Notes: a model not told the origin generated them from the letters alone. A stretch of 64,000 nt of DNA from Candidatus Adlerbacteria bacterium (GCA_903851045.1 CAINNF010000012.1:37189-101188), one strand, 5' to 3'. Shown: positions 10,190 to 20,564, counted from the first letter of the stretch. Numbers and translations: made by a program.

Positions 10190-11181
10190 TCATGATGTAC
10201 CGCTCAGCTGCCTGATCGTCGACAGCGTGTCTTCTGCAATGACGAGCGCAGGATCTTGAAGCTTGGCGACCACTCCATCAAGCTGCGGCTTGACCACTGC
10301 CAAACGTTCAGTCGCCCGAGCAATGACCCCTTCGAGCTCGGCCACCTCTCGCTGCAGAGCGGGTAGCTGTTCTCGATACTTACGCGCTTGGTCGACGATT
10401 TGTGAGAGTTTTTTTACCTCCGCAATAAGAAGGTCGCTGGCGACAAGTGATGGTGCCGCAGGGACCGTAGGCTGAGACGGTGCAGTCTTCACAGGCAACT
10501 CCGTTGGCGTATAGGAACTCGCACACAGCCGCTCAAGATGGTGACTGGCGATACAGAGCAACGTATCCGCGCTACCTGGCTCCAAGTAGCCCGCCTCGAT
10601 AAGACCTTGCAGGTCTGTCTCAGAGGACTGTCGGCCAAGCTGCCGTAGCACATCGACGCACAGCTCGCGCGATACGACACCCTCTGGCGTAGCAACGGAA
10701 AGTATTTCTCCCAGAAATAGCTCTATCTCGTCGTCGCTAGTATCGCCGGGAACGGCTCTGTGTCTGCAGCAGCGTGTGGTAGAGCGTCAGGTGCCGCTTC
10801 GGGCATACCCACATCCTCCATCTCACCGCTCTGCAGAGCAATATCAAGCTGTCTATGGAACTCTATCGGATCCATACCATGCGGAGCGTTTACTAGTACA
10901 CTAAAACGAGTACCATTGTCTCCTGGCTGCCACAGAAACTCCACTAACCGGCGATTGGGGTTAGGGGATCCTAAATGAAAACCTTTCGTATGTGGTCCTC
11001 CTCTTATTTTGGTAGTAACCGTAGCTGTGAACTCGCCCCGGCAGCCACATCGAGCCAATAGGAGCTTAAGCGTGAATAGAAAGTCCTTCTCTTGGCCAAA
11101 GTCTTGCACGAGATTCGCTTTTCCCTTAAGCAAGACCGATACTGGATGGGTGACATCTGGAGCGAGGGCGGCCGCATTCAT
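10190..11181 (-). pseudogene. Hypothetical protein split by a -1 frameshift (ORFs 10723..11181 and 10190..10786); C-terminal coiled coil
   Basis: The downstream frame is open to 10786 and reads …PGDTSDDEIELFLGEILS…. One extra C in TTCCCGGC (~10748-10750) would fuse the two. SD GGAG before 11181. Confidence 0.6.
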
Positions 11182-11307
11182 TGTGGACTCTCCGTGTGCG
11201 GTTAATGGGTGCAGCAGAGCAGTGTCGAACGTCAGATACTTTTGGAAAGGTACCTCTGCTCAACAGACTACAACCATATACTTAGTGGGTCAAAACGGGC
11301 GTTAGGA

Positions 11308-12369
11308 TCAACGACCTCCATACTCCTCGGCATAGGCCTCACAGATCTCTTTCATAAGCCCTGGACCTTCGAAGACCATACCAGTGATGAGTTGCACAAG
11401 GTCGGCCCCGGCACGGAACTTGGTAAGTGCGTCTTCGCCCGAGAAGATGCCACCTGTGCCTATGATGGTGAAGCGCTTCCCATAGGTCTGACGCGTCTTG
11501 TATATGAGGTCGTTGGAGAGCGCGAAGCAGGGCTTGCCCGAGAGGCCGCCACGGTACTCTTTGGGCGCATCTTCGGGATGATCGAGCGTCGCATACTTCT
11601 TGTTGAGATTGCCGATGATGACCCCTTGATAGGGCGACGCGTCGATGATCTTCAGGAGCTTGTTGAACTCCGACCACTCTAGGTTGATCGGCATCTTAAA
11701 GTACACCGGCTTGGTGGTCGGGATCTTCTGGAGCTCATTAATCATCACCGCGAGGAGGCGCGGGTTGGCGAACGTCTCGCCGTCCTTACCGCTGTAGGAG
11801 TTGGGGCACGAGATGTTGATGGTGTAGTAGTCCCCCACCCCGGCGTCGTTCATCTTCTTGAATGTCGTCAAAAAATCCTTGAGCGCGTCGTCTTCGTTGG
11901 CAACACAGCTATTGTTGGTCGAGGCGATGGAAATGCCGATAACATAGCCAGGCACGCGCTTTTTCGACAAAATATGTTTGATAGTCCTATCCGCGCCGCG
12001 ATTGCGCAGGCCTTTGAAAACAATGAGACTCTTGTTGCGCACTAAACGCGTTTGCCGCGGCCTTGGGTTGCCCTCACACGGGAGTGCAGTGACCGAGCCG
12101 ACCTCTTCGCCACCGAATGAGAGGCTCGCGAGCACCTGGGTCAGCCGCGCATCACAGTCGAAGCCCGCCGAGAGGAGCACGGGCCGCTCGTAGCGTACGC
12201 CATCTATCACCTTGGCGATATTGGGGCCGCGGTAGCCATAGATAAGCCGCAAGAGGTAGCGGGCAGGCGGGATATAGCCAAAGAATTCGCCGAGCACAAG
12301 CACCATCGCATGCATCTTTTCGGGGTGAATAAGAAAGAAGATGGGCTTGAGAACTTTTTTATAGAACAT
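11308..12369 (-). CDS. pyrD: Dihydroorotate dehydrogenase (class 2-like architecture)
   Basis: SAGFD, GNPRPR, NISCPN, KMP, GGLSG, IIGTGGI, GADLVQ motifs. Confidence 0.95.
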   Translation of the reverse strand: MFYKKVLKPIFFLIHPEKMHAMVLVLGEFFGYIPPARYLLRLIYGYRGPNIAKVIDGVRYERPVLLSAGFDCDARLTQVLASLSFGGEEVGSVTALPCEGNPRPRQTRLVRNKSLIVFKGLRNRGADRTIKHILSKKRVPGYVIGISIASTNNSCVANEDDALKDFLTTFKKMNDAGVGDYYTINISCPNSYSGKDGETFANPRLLAVMINELQKIPTTKPVYFKMPINLEWSEFNKLLKIIDASPYQGVIIGNLNKKYATLDHPEDAPKEYRGGLSGKPCFALSNDLIYKTRQTYGKRFTIIGTGGIFSGEDALTKFRAGADLVQLITGMVFEGPGLMKEICEAYAEEYGGR

Positions 12370-12519
12370 TGCTACATCATACGACACCTGAGTGGGATGG
12401 GGAATGTTTTTGTTCCAGCATCCATTGCAAGTTGCAGTATTCCAGACCACTGGCGCAATGCGGGCATAATGAAGGGCTCCGGACGGCTAGTTACCTAAGG
12501 AGCCCGTTCTATTTCTCAC

Positions 12520-13098
12520 CTACTTATACACCACCACGCCACGACCAGTGAATGATTGAGAAAACAGGCGCATGGGCACAAACCTGCTTACTCCAAGATG
12601 TGCGGGACGCACTGACGTATCATGCACAAAAAATCCCTCCTGCCCTTCGTTTGTACACCCAACAACGAGCACCATATGTCCGCCATATTTTCTCCAAAAC
12701 AATAATCGCTCTTTAAGACTTTTCTTGACTGAGAAGTTGGATTTAACAGAGATAATAACGAATCGTCCGTCCTGTACCAACGCTTGAATCTGCGACATCG
12801 CGAGCGACTCGACCACATACGCCCGCACACCCATGTGTTCTGCCAGCTGTGCGAGACCAGCGTGCACCCACCCGTGCGCGTGCGTGTACGCTCCAACCTC
12901 AGTGCCTTTTCGGATATACTCCACCAGAGTGAGTGCTTCCTCGGTGAGCAGTCCATCGATTGCCATTTTGAGACACTGAATACCGCAGCTCGACACCTCC
13001 CAGTACGCCACATCCTCCGGGCTTGCGAACCCGAGCTCTTTCCAGCTCTCGGGCTTCCATGAATAATTGGAAAATGGGGCGTGTAATGTAATTTGCAT
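12520..13098 (-). CDS. Peptidase C39-like protein
   Basis: SCGIQCLKM, GHMVLVVG, VHD catalytic-triad pattern. Confidence 0.75.
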   Translation of the reverse strand: MQITLHAPFSNYSWKPESWKELGFASPEDVAYWEVSSCGIQCLKMAIDGLLTEEALTLVEYIRKGTEVGAYTHAHGWVHAGLAQLAEHMGVRAYVVESLAMSQIQALVQDGRFVIISVKSNFSVKKSLKERLLFWRKYGGHMVLVVGCTNEGQEGFFVHDTSVRPAHLGVSRFVPMRLFSQSFTGRGVVVYK

Positions 13099-13113
13099 AA
13101 AAGAAATCGCCCA

Positions 13114-13767
13114 CTAGGTGCGGGCGAGGAGGCGCTGGAGCCGCGAAGGAACGAAGCGAACGCGAAGACTCTTGAACGCGAGCTTCGGGAACAAGGGCGA
13201 CGGCTTATCGAGTTCGATGTTGCGAAAGACAATGAAGTGCAAGTGGTCACGGTCAGTCCAGCCAGTCTTGCCGACTGTGCCAATCCGCTGCCCGCGCTTC
13301 ACCCTCGAACCAACCGTGAGTCGAAAGTCCGCGACCGACCACTGCGCCAAGTGGCAGTACTGCGAATACTCGCCGTTGCTATGGTCGATGGTCACATAGT
13401 TGAGAGTGTTTGCAAACTCTTGCGTCGGCCCCCACTCATCCGACAACTCTTGCACCTCAATAATGACCCCATCGCGTGCAGCAACCACCGGCGTCCCGTC
13501 AGGTACCAGAAAGTCGATGGCGTTCCGCCACGGCCCCGTGTGCGACTGCGGACTCGAGGCGCAGACATACGGTCCAAAGCGATATGTCTCGTGTGGCGGA
13601 TTCCCCACCGCCAGACGAGTACCTGCCGCGAGTGCTTCCCTTCTACCAATGGAAACCGGATAGAAGTACCAGTGCTTTGTCGGTTCTTTGTCGAAGATTG
13701 GATTATGTGCCAACCGTTCGAGTTCGCTCATCTGCACACTCCTAAACTGTCCTCGTTCAGTTTGCAT
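13114..13767 (-). CDS. M23 family metallopeptidase
   Basis: H…AIDF, GTPVVAARDGV, YCHL, G.TG…HLHF. Confidence 0.9.
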   Translation of the reverse strand: MQTERGQFRSVQMSELERLAHNPIFDKEPTKHWYFYPVSIGRREALAAGTRLAVGNPPHETYRFGPYVCASSPQSHTGPWRNAIDFLVPDGTPVVAARDGVIIEVQELSDEWGPTQEFANTLNYVTIDHSNGEYSQYCHLAQWSVADFRLTVGSRVKRGQRIGTVGKTGWTDRDHLHFIVFRNIELDKPSPLFPKLAFKSLRVRFVPSRLQRLLART

Positions 13768-13828
13768 ACTCTGCTGGTACTATAACCAAGTTTATAGGAA
13801 AAAGTAACCAGCTTGGACGAGTCTACCT

Positions 13829-14464
13829 CTACGCCGCTACACCTGTGATGAGTTTGAAGAGCGTTGTTATGACAACGTCGAAGACCGGTATCAAAAAGAA
13901 GTAAAAGATAAGGAGTAGAAACAGCGTCCCTGACAGTACGCCGAAACGCTCGAAGTTCGCGCGAAAGTTACCGTATATGTGCGCCAAACCACGGGGCAGA
14001 ATGGCGGACAACACTTTGGAGCCATCGAGTGGCGGGATAGGGATGAGATTGAAGAGTCCAAGTACGAGATTCGTGAACACGATGGTCCCGAATGCTGTAA
14101 AAAGCTCTGGACTCATGGAGACACCGCCGAACCGTATCGCGAGTCCGAAGAGGAGCGCGAGCGCGAGATTGGTCGCCGGACCTGCCCCTGCCACTAACGC
14201 CTCGTCGTACTTGCCTGAGAGGTTGTAGGGGTTATATGGCACCGGTTTGGCATACCCTATCATGATGGGCGAGTGAGTGATTACCAGAAGTGCGGGCAAA
14301 ATGATAGAACCCATGGGGTCTATATGTGAAAGTGGATTGAGTGTGAGGCGTCCTTGGAGTCGCGCGGTCGGGTCGCCAAGCCAGTTCGCCATATAGCCGT
14401 GTGCCACTTCGTGGAGAATGACCGACACTATGAGAACGATGAGGGAAAAGATGAGTATTTGCAT
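13829..14464 (-). CDS. Site-2 protease (M50 family)
   Basis: HEVAHG, AGPATN, FNLIPIPPLDG; multiple TM helices. Confidence 0.95.
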   Translation of the reverse strand: MQILIFSLIVLIVSVILHEVAHGYMANWLGDPTARLQGRLTLNPLSHIDPMGSIILPALLVITHSPIMIGYAKPVPYNPYNLSGKYDEALVAGAGPATNLALALLFGLAIRFGGVSMSPELFTAFGTIVFTNLVLGLFNLIPIPPLDGSKVLSAILPRGLAHIYGNFRANFERFGVLSGTLFLLLIFYFFLIPVFDVVITTLFKLITGVAA

Positions 14465-14511
14465 ATCCGAAAATCCATGATACCATGGCCTAGCTTCACA
14501 AGCGTATACAT

Positions 14512-14754
14512 ATGGCAAAAGTTTGTCCAGTCACCCAAAAAGGTTCGCAGGTCGGAGGCGGGTACTCCAACCGTATTCGTGCAACCAAATTCAACCCGAC
14601 TGGCAAGGTCCGCCGCCAGCCGAACCTCCAGAAGAAGCGGATTTTCGTCCCTGAGATAAACAAGACCATCACGCTCACCCTCTCGACCCAGGCTATCAAG
14701 ACCATTGCCAAGAACGGCGCGTACAAGACGCTCAAAAAGGCTGGACTGCTCTAA
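14512..14754 (+). CDS. rpmB: 50S ribosomal protein L28
   Basis: MAKVCPVT.K…RRQPNLQKKR…LST.AIKTI.K.G. Confidence 0.95.
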   Translation: MAKVCPVTQKGSQVGGGYSNRIRATKFNPTGKVRRQPNLQKKRIFVPEINKTITLTLSTQAIKTIAKNGAYKTLKKAGLL

Positions 14755-14773
14755 ACTCCAAGAACATATAAAG

Positions 14774-14802
14774 AAAATGCCGCTCTCATAAGCGGCATTT
14801 TT
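14774..14802. terminator. Bidirectional terminator
   Basis: AAAATGCCGCT-ctcata-AGCGGCATTTTT. Confidence 0.8.
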
Positions 14803-14810
14803 TGGCTACA

Positions 14811-15320
14811 CTAAGTCTTTTTTCGCCTAATGGTGAGCGACTGGGTCACGCGCATCCGGACTTTTTCGGCGGACACATCGGTCTGAGGGGAATATATCTC
14901 AGCAAGCACATCAAGGAACGCGGAGTCTTTGTGCGTCCTGAGCGACACGAAACGGATCCGTGCTTGAAATACCATTCCAGTGCGCACTATCGTCAGCGGT
15001 TGCCGCTGTCCCCCCGCATCCACGAGCGTTCCCGCCTCTTCGCACGCCTTGAACAGGTCGGGCATGAGCGCGGGCAACATCGCCGCAAGAAGCGCTCCAG
15101 GCACCACCGCCCGACGCGTCCCGACCGACGTATGTAGAACGTTCCCGTCTTTTACCGCGAGGCAAAAATTGGCCACCTCGAGGTCACCCAGCACACAGGG
15201 CGTATCACACTCGGTCCACTCCCCCCGCGCACTGCGATGGGCAAGATCCCGTAGGATTGATGGGAACCACCCAGGTGGAAACCCAACCAACGCAAGCGGC
15301 AGCGAAAAGCTCGATCCCAT
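14811..15320 (-). CDS. Hypothetical protein
   Basis: 169 aa; strong SD AAGGAGGGG; converges on the rpmB terminator. Confidence 0.65.
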   Translation of the reverse strand: MGSSFSLPLALVGFPPGWFPSILRDLAHRSARGEWTECDTPCVLGDLEVANFCLAVKDGNVLHTSVGTRRAVVPGALLAAMLPALMPDLFKACEEAGTLVDAGGQRQPLTIVRTGMVFQARIRFVSLRTHKDSAFLDVLAEIYSPQTDVSAEKVRMRVTQSLTIRRKKT

Positions 15321-15506
15321 AACCCCTCCTTAAGCAAAGAACGTGAGGCACCTGACCAACAAGTCTATATATGAGATAACACCTACTCTTTCCTTTGTCG
15401 AATCACCGTACCCGTGTAAAAAAGTTGACACACATCATAAATAAGTTACTATAAACCACGGTTTTGTGTTCCAATCAAGGGATGCAGTGGTAGGGAGTAC
15501 AGAGAC

Positions 15507-16301
15507 ATGCGGTTTCGCTGGGTCAAAATCATCGGATTGATGACGACGATAGTGATTTTGGGTGCTATCTACCTGGTACCACGCGCGTATGAGACGTGGC
15601 GTGCGCACCAGCGACTTGCCATCGCAATCGACACGATCAAACGAACACCGGCGACACAGCTGGTGACAGCCGATCTGATCTTCAGTCATGCCGCCAGTAT
15701 ATATACAAACGACGACGACCGGTATCGAGCCATACTGTCTGCCAATCTGTGCGGCCCTCTTCTGAAGACAAGTACTCGTAACGATGACCGGTACCGGTGC
15801 AGCGCTCTAATCGAATTGACCCTCGGGGCAAGTCGCCCTCGCTTACCTGTGTTACCTTGGGACATGTATCTGAGCGATATATATACTGCTGGCCTTTGGA
15901 GCTTTCTCATCTCCGGTGTCCACACTTTCGAGCAAGAAATGGATCGCACCTTAGCGAACGCATTCTACACACCCGAAGGAGCGCGCACGTTCTATCAGGC
16001 TAAGAAACCTGAGATACTCGAGGCGTTTCATCAACAGCAGCTACTGCCGAAAGACCAGTACTATGCGATTCGACCTGAAGAGATGCGACGGATCGACCTC
16101 GACCATCTCCAAGGAATCGTTGAACTCGCCGCACTATATGATGGGTCGAGCCACGAAGACTCGGAGATCGTACGGCACCGCGTGAGCAGTAGATATGCTC
16201 AGGACTTTGTTCAAGAACTTTTCCGTGAAGGAGGGGTGGAACTGGTCAAAGTGTACGCAGAACTCGCACAAGACCTATTCGTCACATTGACCAAGAACTG
16301 A
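15507..16301 (+). CDS. Hypothetical protein with N-terminal TM anchor
   Basis: 264 aa; GGGAG upstream; terminator GCCCCGCAG-tata-CTGCGGGGC follows. Confidence 0.7.
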   Translation: MRFRWVKIIGLMTTIVILGAIYLVPRAYETWRAHQRLAIAIDTIKRTPATQLVTADLIFSHAASIYTNDDDRYRAILSANLCGPLLKTSTRNDDRYRCSALIELTLGASRPRLPVLPWDMYLSDIYTAGLWSFLISGVHTFEQEMDRTLANAFYTPEGARTFYQAKKPEILEAFHQQQLLPKDQYYAIRPEEMRRIDLDHLQGIVELAALYDGSSHEDSEIVRHRVSSRYAQDFVQELFREGGVELVKVYAELAQDLFVTLTKN

Positions 16302-16359
16302 ACATTCGATATCCAGACACTCCAAGCCCCGCAGTATACTGCGGGGCATTTTCATTTAC

Positions 16360-17247
16360 CTATCGTATTCGCCTGAAGTGGGTGCCATCGGATGCGAACT
16401 CGATGGTGCCTACCTGGTCGGTACGGAGCACTTCGACACCTGCGGCGTCGAGACGGTCGAGCGTGTCTTGCGTCGGGAGGTGGTACATGTTGTGTGCGCC
16501 AACGGAGATGAGCGCCACCTGCGGGCGCACGAGGTTAAGCAGCGCTTCGCTCGTGGAGGTCTTGGAGCCGTGGTGACCAACCTTCAAGATGTCGCTCGTT
16601 AGTTCGCTCGTCGAGGATGCACTGTCGGCGATGATCTGACTTTCGACACCTTGCGACACATCCGCCATCAGCAACACCGAGGTTGAGCCGTACACGAGAC
16701 GCGTCACTACCCCACCGTCGTTGTCGATGTTCTGGTTGATATGCGATACGTCGTGGTCGGGATACAAGATCTGAAGTTCCGCTCCCCCGCCAAGGTCGAC
16801 GACCTCGCCACGACGTGCGATGTAGCGCGGGATATGCTCATCCAGTATTTCGCTTTCGAGTGTCTGTGCGGTTTTCGAATCTTTGATGATTCCAGGCTCG
16901 ATGAACGCGCCGACGTGGTAGCGCTTAAGGAGGTCGACGAAACCGGAGATATGGTCGGAGTCCGGGTGGGTCTCGATGACCGCATCGAGCGAGTGGCTCA
17001 AAAACGGCATCACCTTGGGCAACGCACGCAAGACAGAGTCGTCCGGGCCGCTGTCGATGAGTACTCGCTCGCCAGTGGGCGACTCGATGTATATAGAGTC
17101 GCCCATGCCGACGTTGAGCATCGCGACCTTCACATGACCCGACGGCGTCTCGGCAATGACCACCACCCATACCCCAACCGCACACAAGATGAGTCCGCTA
17201 AAGATGGCGTACGGAATGTAGCGGAAGTAGGGGCGCAAAAATTCCAC
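16360..17247 (-). CDS. ComEC-family metallo-beta-lactamase (nuclease) domain protein
   Basis: NVGMGDS, LIDSG, THPDSDH, LKVGHHGS, SVGA.N.YHLP, RTDQ.GTI motifs; start approximate. Confidence 0.9.
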   Translation of the reverse strand: MEFLRPYFRYIPYAIFSGLILCAVGVWVVVIAETPSGHVKVAMLNVGMGDSIYIESPTGERVLIDSGPDDSVLRALPKVMPFLSHSLDAVIETHPDSDHISGFVDLLKRYHVGAFIEPGIIKDSKTAQTLESEILDEHIPRYIARRGEVVDLGGGAELQILYPDHDVSHINQNIDNDGGVVTRLVYGSTSVLLMADVSQGVESQIIADSASSTSELTSDILKVGHHGSKTSTSEALLNLVRPQVALISVGAHNMYHLPTQDTLDRLDAAGVEVLRTDQVGTIEFASDGTHFRRIR

Positions 17248-17346
17248 AGCGCGACTATACAAGAAACAAGCATACCCCGGCAACTCATGGAAGAAACAGC
17301 AAATAGTGGTATCGTGGAGAGACTAACCACTAAATCATGTATAGTT

Positions 17347-17940
17347 ATGACGTACGAAGAAAAGAAATTTATCATACCCGAACTCGATGGTATCTCAGCT
17401 AAGTCGGTCGAGGAGCACCTTGGACTCTATGCGGGCTATGTGAAGAATTTTAATGCTGTAACCGCGCTTGCTGGCAAGCTCATGAAAGATGATGCTGCAG
17501 GCAATGCGCTCGCCGTGGCAGAGTTGATGCGCCGACGTTCGTTCGAGTTCGGCGGCATGCGGCTGCATGAATATTATTTCGCGCAATTCGAAGATGGTGC
17601 AAAACCACTTACTGATACTTCGTTCGAATCCGCAATCAAAGCGCAGTACGGTGAGGTTGAAAATCTGATACAAGAAGTCCGCCAAGTCGCGCTCATGCGC
17701 GGGCCGGGCTGGTCAATACTGTACTACGACCCGCAGGCGAAACAATTCTTGGTCGGCTTCTCCGAAGAGCAGCACCAGGGCCACTTCGTCGCGCTCCCCA
17801 TCATCCTCGCGCTCGACGTCTGGGAACACGCCTTCCTGCTAGACTACGGCGCCCAAGGCAAAGCGAAGTACGTCGAAGCGTTCTTCAAGAATCTCAACTG
17901 GGGCGTGCTTGAGGCACGGTTCGCAAGTATGCCAAGGTAG
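17347..17940 (+). CDS. sod: Fe/Mn superoxide dismutase
   Basis: H..LY.GYV, LHEYYF and DVWEHA motifs. True start at MTYEEKKF inside the longer ORF. Confidence 0.9.
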   Translation: MTYEEKKFIIPELDGISAKSVEEHLGLYAGYVKNFNAVTALAGKLMKDDAAGNALAVAELMRRRSFEFGGMRLHEYYFAQFEDGAKPLTDTSFESAIKAQYGEVENLIQEVRQVALMRGPGWSILYYDPQAKQFLVGFSEEQHQGHFVALPIILALDVWEHAFLLDYGAQGKAKYVEAFFKNLNWGVLEARFASMPR

Positions 17941-18045
17941 CAACAATAAAAGGATTGCCTTGGTTGGGTATGCGTGATATACAGTCTAGTGGTCACTGCG
18001 GCATTACACAGTGACCATTGGCTCTTTTTAGAAAGGAGATACAAA

Positions 18046-18252
18046 ATGAGCTTTATCTCAGAAACGCTACCGGATATGACATCTGCTGTCGAAAAGATAT
18101 CGGTAAAAGAACGATCATCTAAACCATACCTGTCGCCGCCTCAGCTCCAACTGAAGCAACGGGATCAAAAAACCTACAGAAAGATATTCGTTGCTTCTAA
18201 CGGTATTGTGTGTACCTCAAGCTCTGACGCCAGAGAAGCATCTGGTGATTAA
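18046..18252 (+). CDS. Small hypothetical protein
   Basis: SD AAAGGAG before ATG; hairpin GGACCCTATATATC…GATATATAGGGTCC follows. Confidence 0.4.
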   Translation: MSFISETLPDMTSAVEKISVKERSSKPYLSPPQLQLKQRDQKTYRKIFVASNGIVCTSSSDAREASGD

Positions 18253-18335
18253 GGTATAGTCGCACGGACTCATTCGTTTGTGTCATTAGTGCCATGGACC
18301 CTATATATCAAAACGATATATAGGGTCCATTTGCG

Positions 18336-19829
18336 TTATGACTGATGATAGAGCGATCTTGCATACTGTTTCGTGGCGAACCATATGAGCGGTATATATG
18401 CAACGATCAAGAACCAGGGGGAGAATTCACTGATTACAACGGTGCCGAACGGGATGCTTGCTGCAACATTCGCTACCAGCATCATCCATTTTAAGATCAC
18501 GTCAGAGAGGAGCGCGGGGATGAAGCCGAGTGTGGGCGAGATGAATCCAAGGAGGCCAGCGACAAAGCCGAAGAACATCGCTTCGGGGACGAGCGGGAGC
18601 GCTATCACGTTCGCTGGCACACTCAAGAACGAGAGTACGCCCGAGAAATAGAGCAGCGCAGGGAGCGTGAAAATTTGCACCGCTATCGTGCTCGCGGCAG
18701 TTGCGCGGACGTCGCTCCAGCGATTGCCGCGAAAGATTTTGAGACGTGAGAGATAGCCTTCGACCCATGGGGAGAGTGTGATGAGCCCAAAGGTGGCGAG
18801 CACACTAAGGATGAATGACGTGTCATGCAGCATCGACTCCGGATTCCACAGCACCATGCCGACTCCTGCGAGCGCGAGTGCGCGTAGCGCTTCCGTTGGT
18901 CGGCGGAGGTATCGCCCCAAGAGTCCCACGAGCGCCATGATGAGCGCGCGGATGGTCGTCGCACCCGCGCCCGTCATGAGCGCGAAGAGTATCATCACGA
19001 ACCCGCCAACCCCGAGACTTATCGTGCGTGGCAAGAACGCGAACGCGCGGAAGATGCCGTCAGAGACTATCGAGATATTGTATCCGGAAAGCACGACAAC
19101 ATGAACAAGACCACTCGCAATAAATGCCTGAGTAAGATCTTTCGGGATGCCACTTTTCTCGCCGAGCAGAATTCCTTCAAGCAGCGAGGCGTCTGGCTCG
19201 ATGAATATTTTTTCGAGCGATGACTCGAACGCGTGTTTGAAAGTGAACAAAACGCCCATGGGCGACGTCCTGGCCGGGACGTCGCCCACCAACTGAGCTT
19301 TGGGCAACTCAGTCGAGATTCCCTGTGCGCGCAGGTAACCAGGATAGTCGAAGGTGTGGCCCGTGTCTGTCTCGAAGGTTTGGGGCAGCGCGAGTGTGCC
19401 GCGCAGCTCTACTGTGTCACCATATGAAACCTTCTCGTCGCGCTCCAAGAGCACAAGCACCTTGCCCAATGCTTGATGGTCGCCAATCTTCTCAACATCA
19501 ACCGTGACATGCAGCGACGTCTCGCGTCGGTCGGGGTCAGCACTCACTCGCCCCGCAAGCATGACATCCTGACCCACAAAGAGTGGTACCGTCTCGGTCG
19601 CTTCCTGTTGCAGCACGAAGTCGGCGCGTAGCATCCCCAGTGACACGGCCGCGAGCAACGCCACAGCCAAGAATAGTGACGGCACCTTGCGCCAGAGAGC
19701 AACCACCAGAACACCCAGTGAAACAACAAGTAGTGTGGCGATAGTCAGGAACCCAGTATGAAACAGGAGTCCCACTGCGACACCGAGCAGCACCCCCGCG
19801 ACAGTCGCATACAAAAACGCGCCTTGCAT
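18336..19829 (-). CDS. comEC: ComEC/Rec2 competence membrane protein (OB + competence domain)
   Basis: GILLG, SGLVHVVVLSGYNI, RALIM, NP, SFILSVLAT.G motifs; many TM helices. Confidence 0.93.
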   Translation of the reverse strand: MQGAFLYATVAGVLLGVAVGLLFHTGFLTIATLLVVSLGVLVVALWRKVPSLFLAVALLAAVSLGMLRADFVLQQEATETVPLFVGQDVMLAGRVSADPDRRETSLHVTVDVEKIGDHQALGKVLVLLERDEKVSYGDTVELRGTLALPQTFETDTGHTFDYPGYLRAQGISTELPKAQLVGDVPARTSPMGVLFTFKHAFESSLEKIFIEPDASLLEGILLGEKSGIPKDLTQAFIASGLVHVVVLSGYNISIVSDGIFRAFAFLPRTISLGVGGFVMILFALMTGAGATTIRALIMALVGLLGRYLRRPTEALRALALAGVGMVLWNPESMLHDTSFILSVLATFGLITLSPWVEGYLSRLKIFRGNRWSDVRATAASTIAVQIFTLPALLYFSGVLSFLSVPANVIALPLVPEAMFFGFVAGLLGFISPTLGFIPALLSDVILKWMMLVANVAASIPFGTVVISEFSPWFLIVAYIPLIWFATKQYARSLYHQS

Positions 19830-19847
19830 GCCCCACGTTCTACCAAA

Positions 19848-20564
19848 CTATTTGAAATATGAAAACTCTTGCTTGATCACCGCTTCGTCCTCAGGCGAGA
19901 TCGACTTTTTGTATCGCGCCTTCTTTCCCTCGACACGTCGCTTGCACTCATCCCATGTCTTATGCGTCATCACGACACCATCGACGGCGCTCACATACGA
20001 ATACGCCTTGGCCTTGGCATGCGTACGCGAAGCGGACTTCTGCTGCTTCTTCTCTTCATCATGTGCGACGGTCTCGAGGTCGACACCATACGCCGCACGC
20101 GAACCGTGATAGAGCTCGAGCGGCTCCTTGAGCGCAAACGAGGTCGCGATAGTATCCGCTCGTTCATTACCAGGAATATTGATATGGCCGCCGACGTTCT
20201 CCCACGTGACGCGTCGCGCGATAGATTTATATAAAGCAAGGAATGGCTCCCATAATTCGCGGTTCGAGACATCCTTCCCGTCGAGCGTCTTCCATCCGCG
20301 TTTGTGCCACCCATAGCTCCACTTGGTCGCGCCGTTGATAACGTATGCCGAGTCGCTGCGCACGACTATCGGCTGCTCGGGCAGCGTCGCCGCGTAGGTC
20401 AGCGCCTCGCACACCGCCAGTAGCTCCATGCGGTTGTTGGTCGTGTGCGCCTCGAACCCGCCCATTTCGTGCACCGCCTCACTATCGGCGACGATAGACC
20501 CCCACCCACCGGGACCCGGGTTCCCCCTCGACGACCCGTCAGTATAAATAAGTATGCGGCTCAT
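19848..20564 (-). CDS. rnhA: Ribonuclease HI with C-terminal viroplasmin/hybrid-binding-like domain
   Basis: YTDGSSRGNPGPGGW, TTNNRMEL, SDSAY, GH..IPGNERAD; tail TWDECKRRVEG…YKK. Confidence 0.93.
   Translation of the reverse strand: MSRILIYTDGSSRGNPGPGGWGSIVADSEAVHEMGGFEAHTTNNRMELLAVCEALTYAATLPEQPIVVRSDSAYVINGATKWSYGWHKRGWKTLDGKDVSNRELWEPFLALYKSIARRVTWENVGGHINIPGNERADTIATSFALKEPLELYHGSRAAYGVDLETVAHDEEKKQQKSASRTHAKAKAYSYVSAVDGVVMTHKTWDECKRRVEGKKARYKKSISPEDEAVIKQEFSYFK

Noticed and set aside
16741-17346. Apparent 200-aa N-terminal extension of SOD
   Set aside because: Antisense overlap with the MBL gene; SOD homology starts at 17347.
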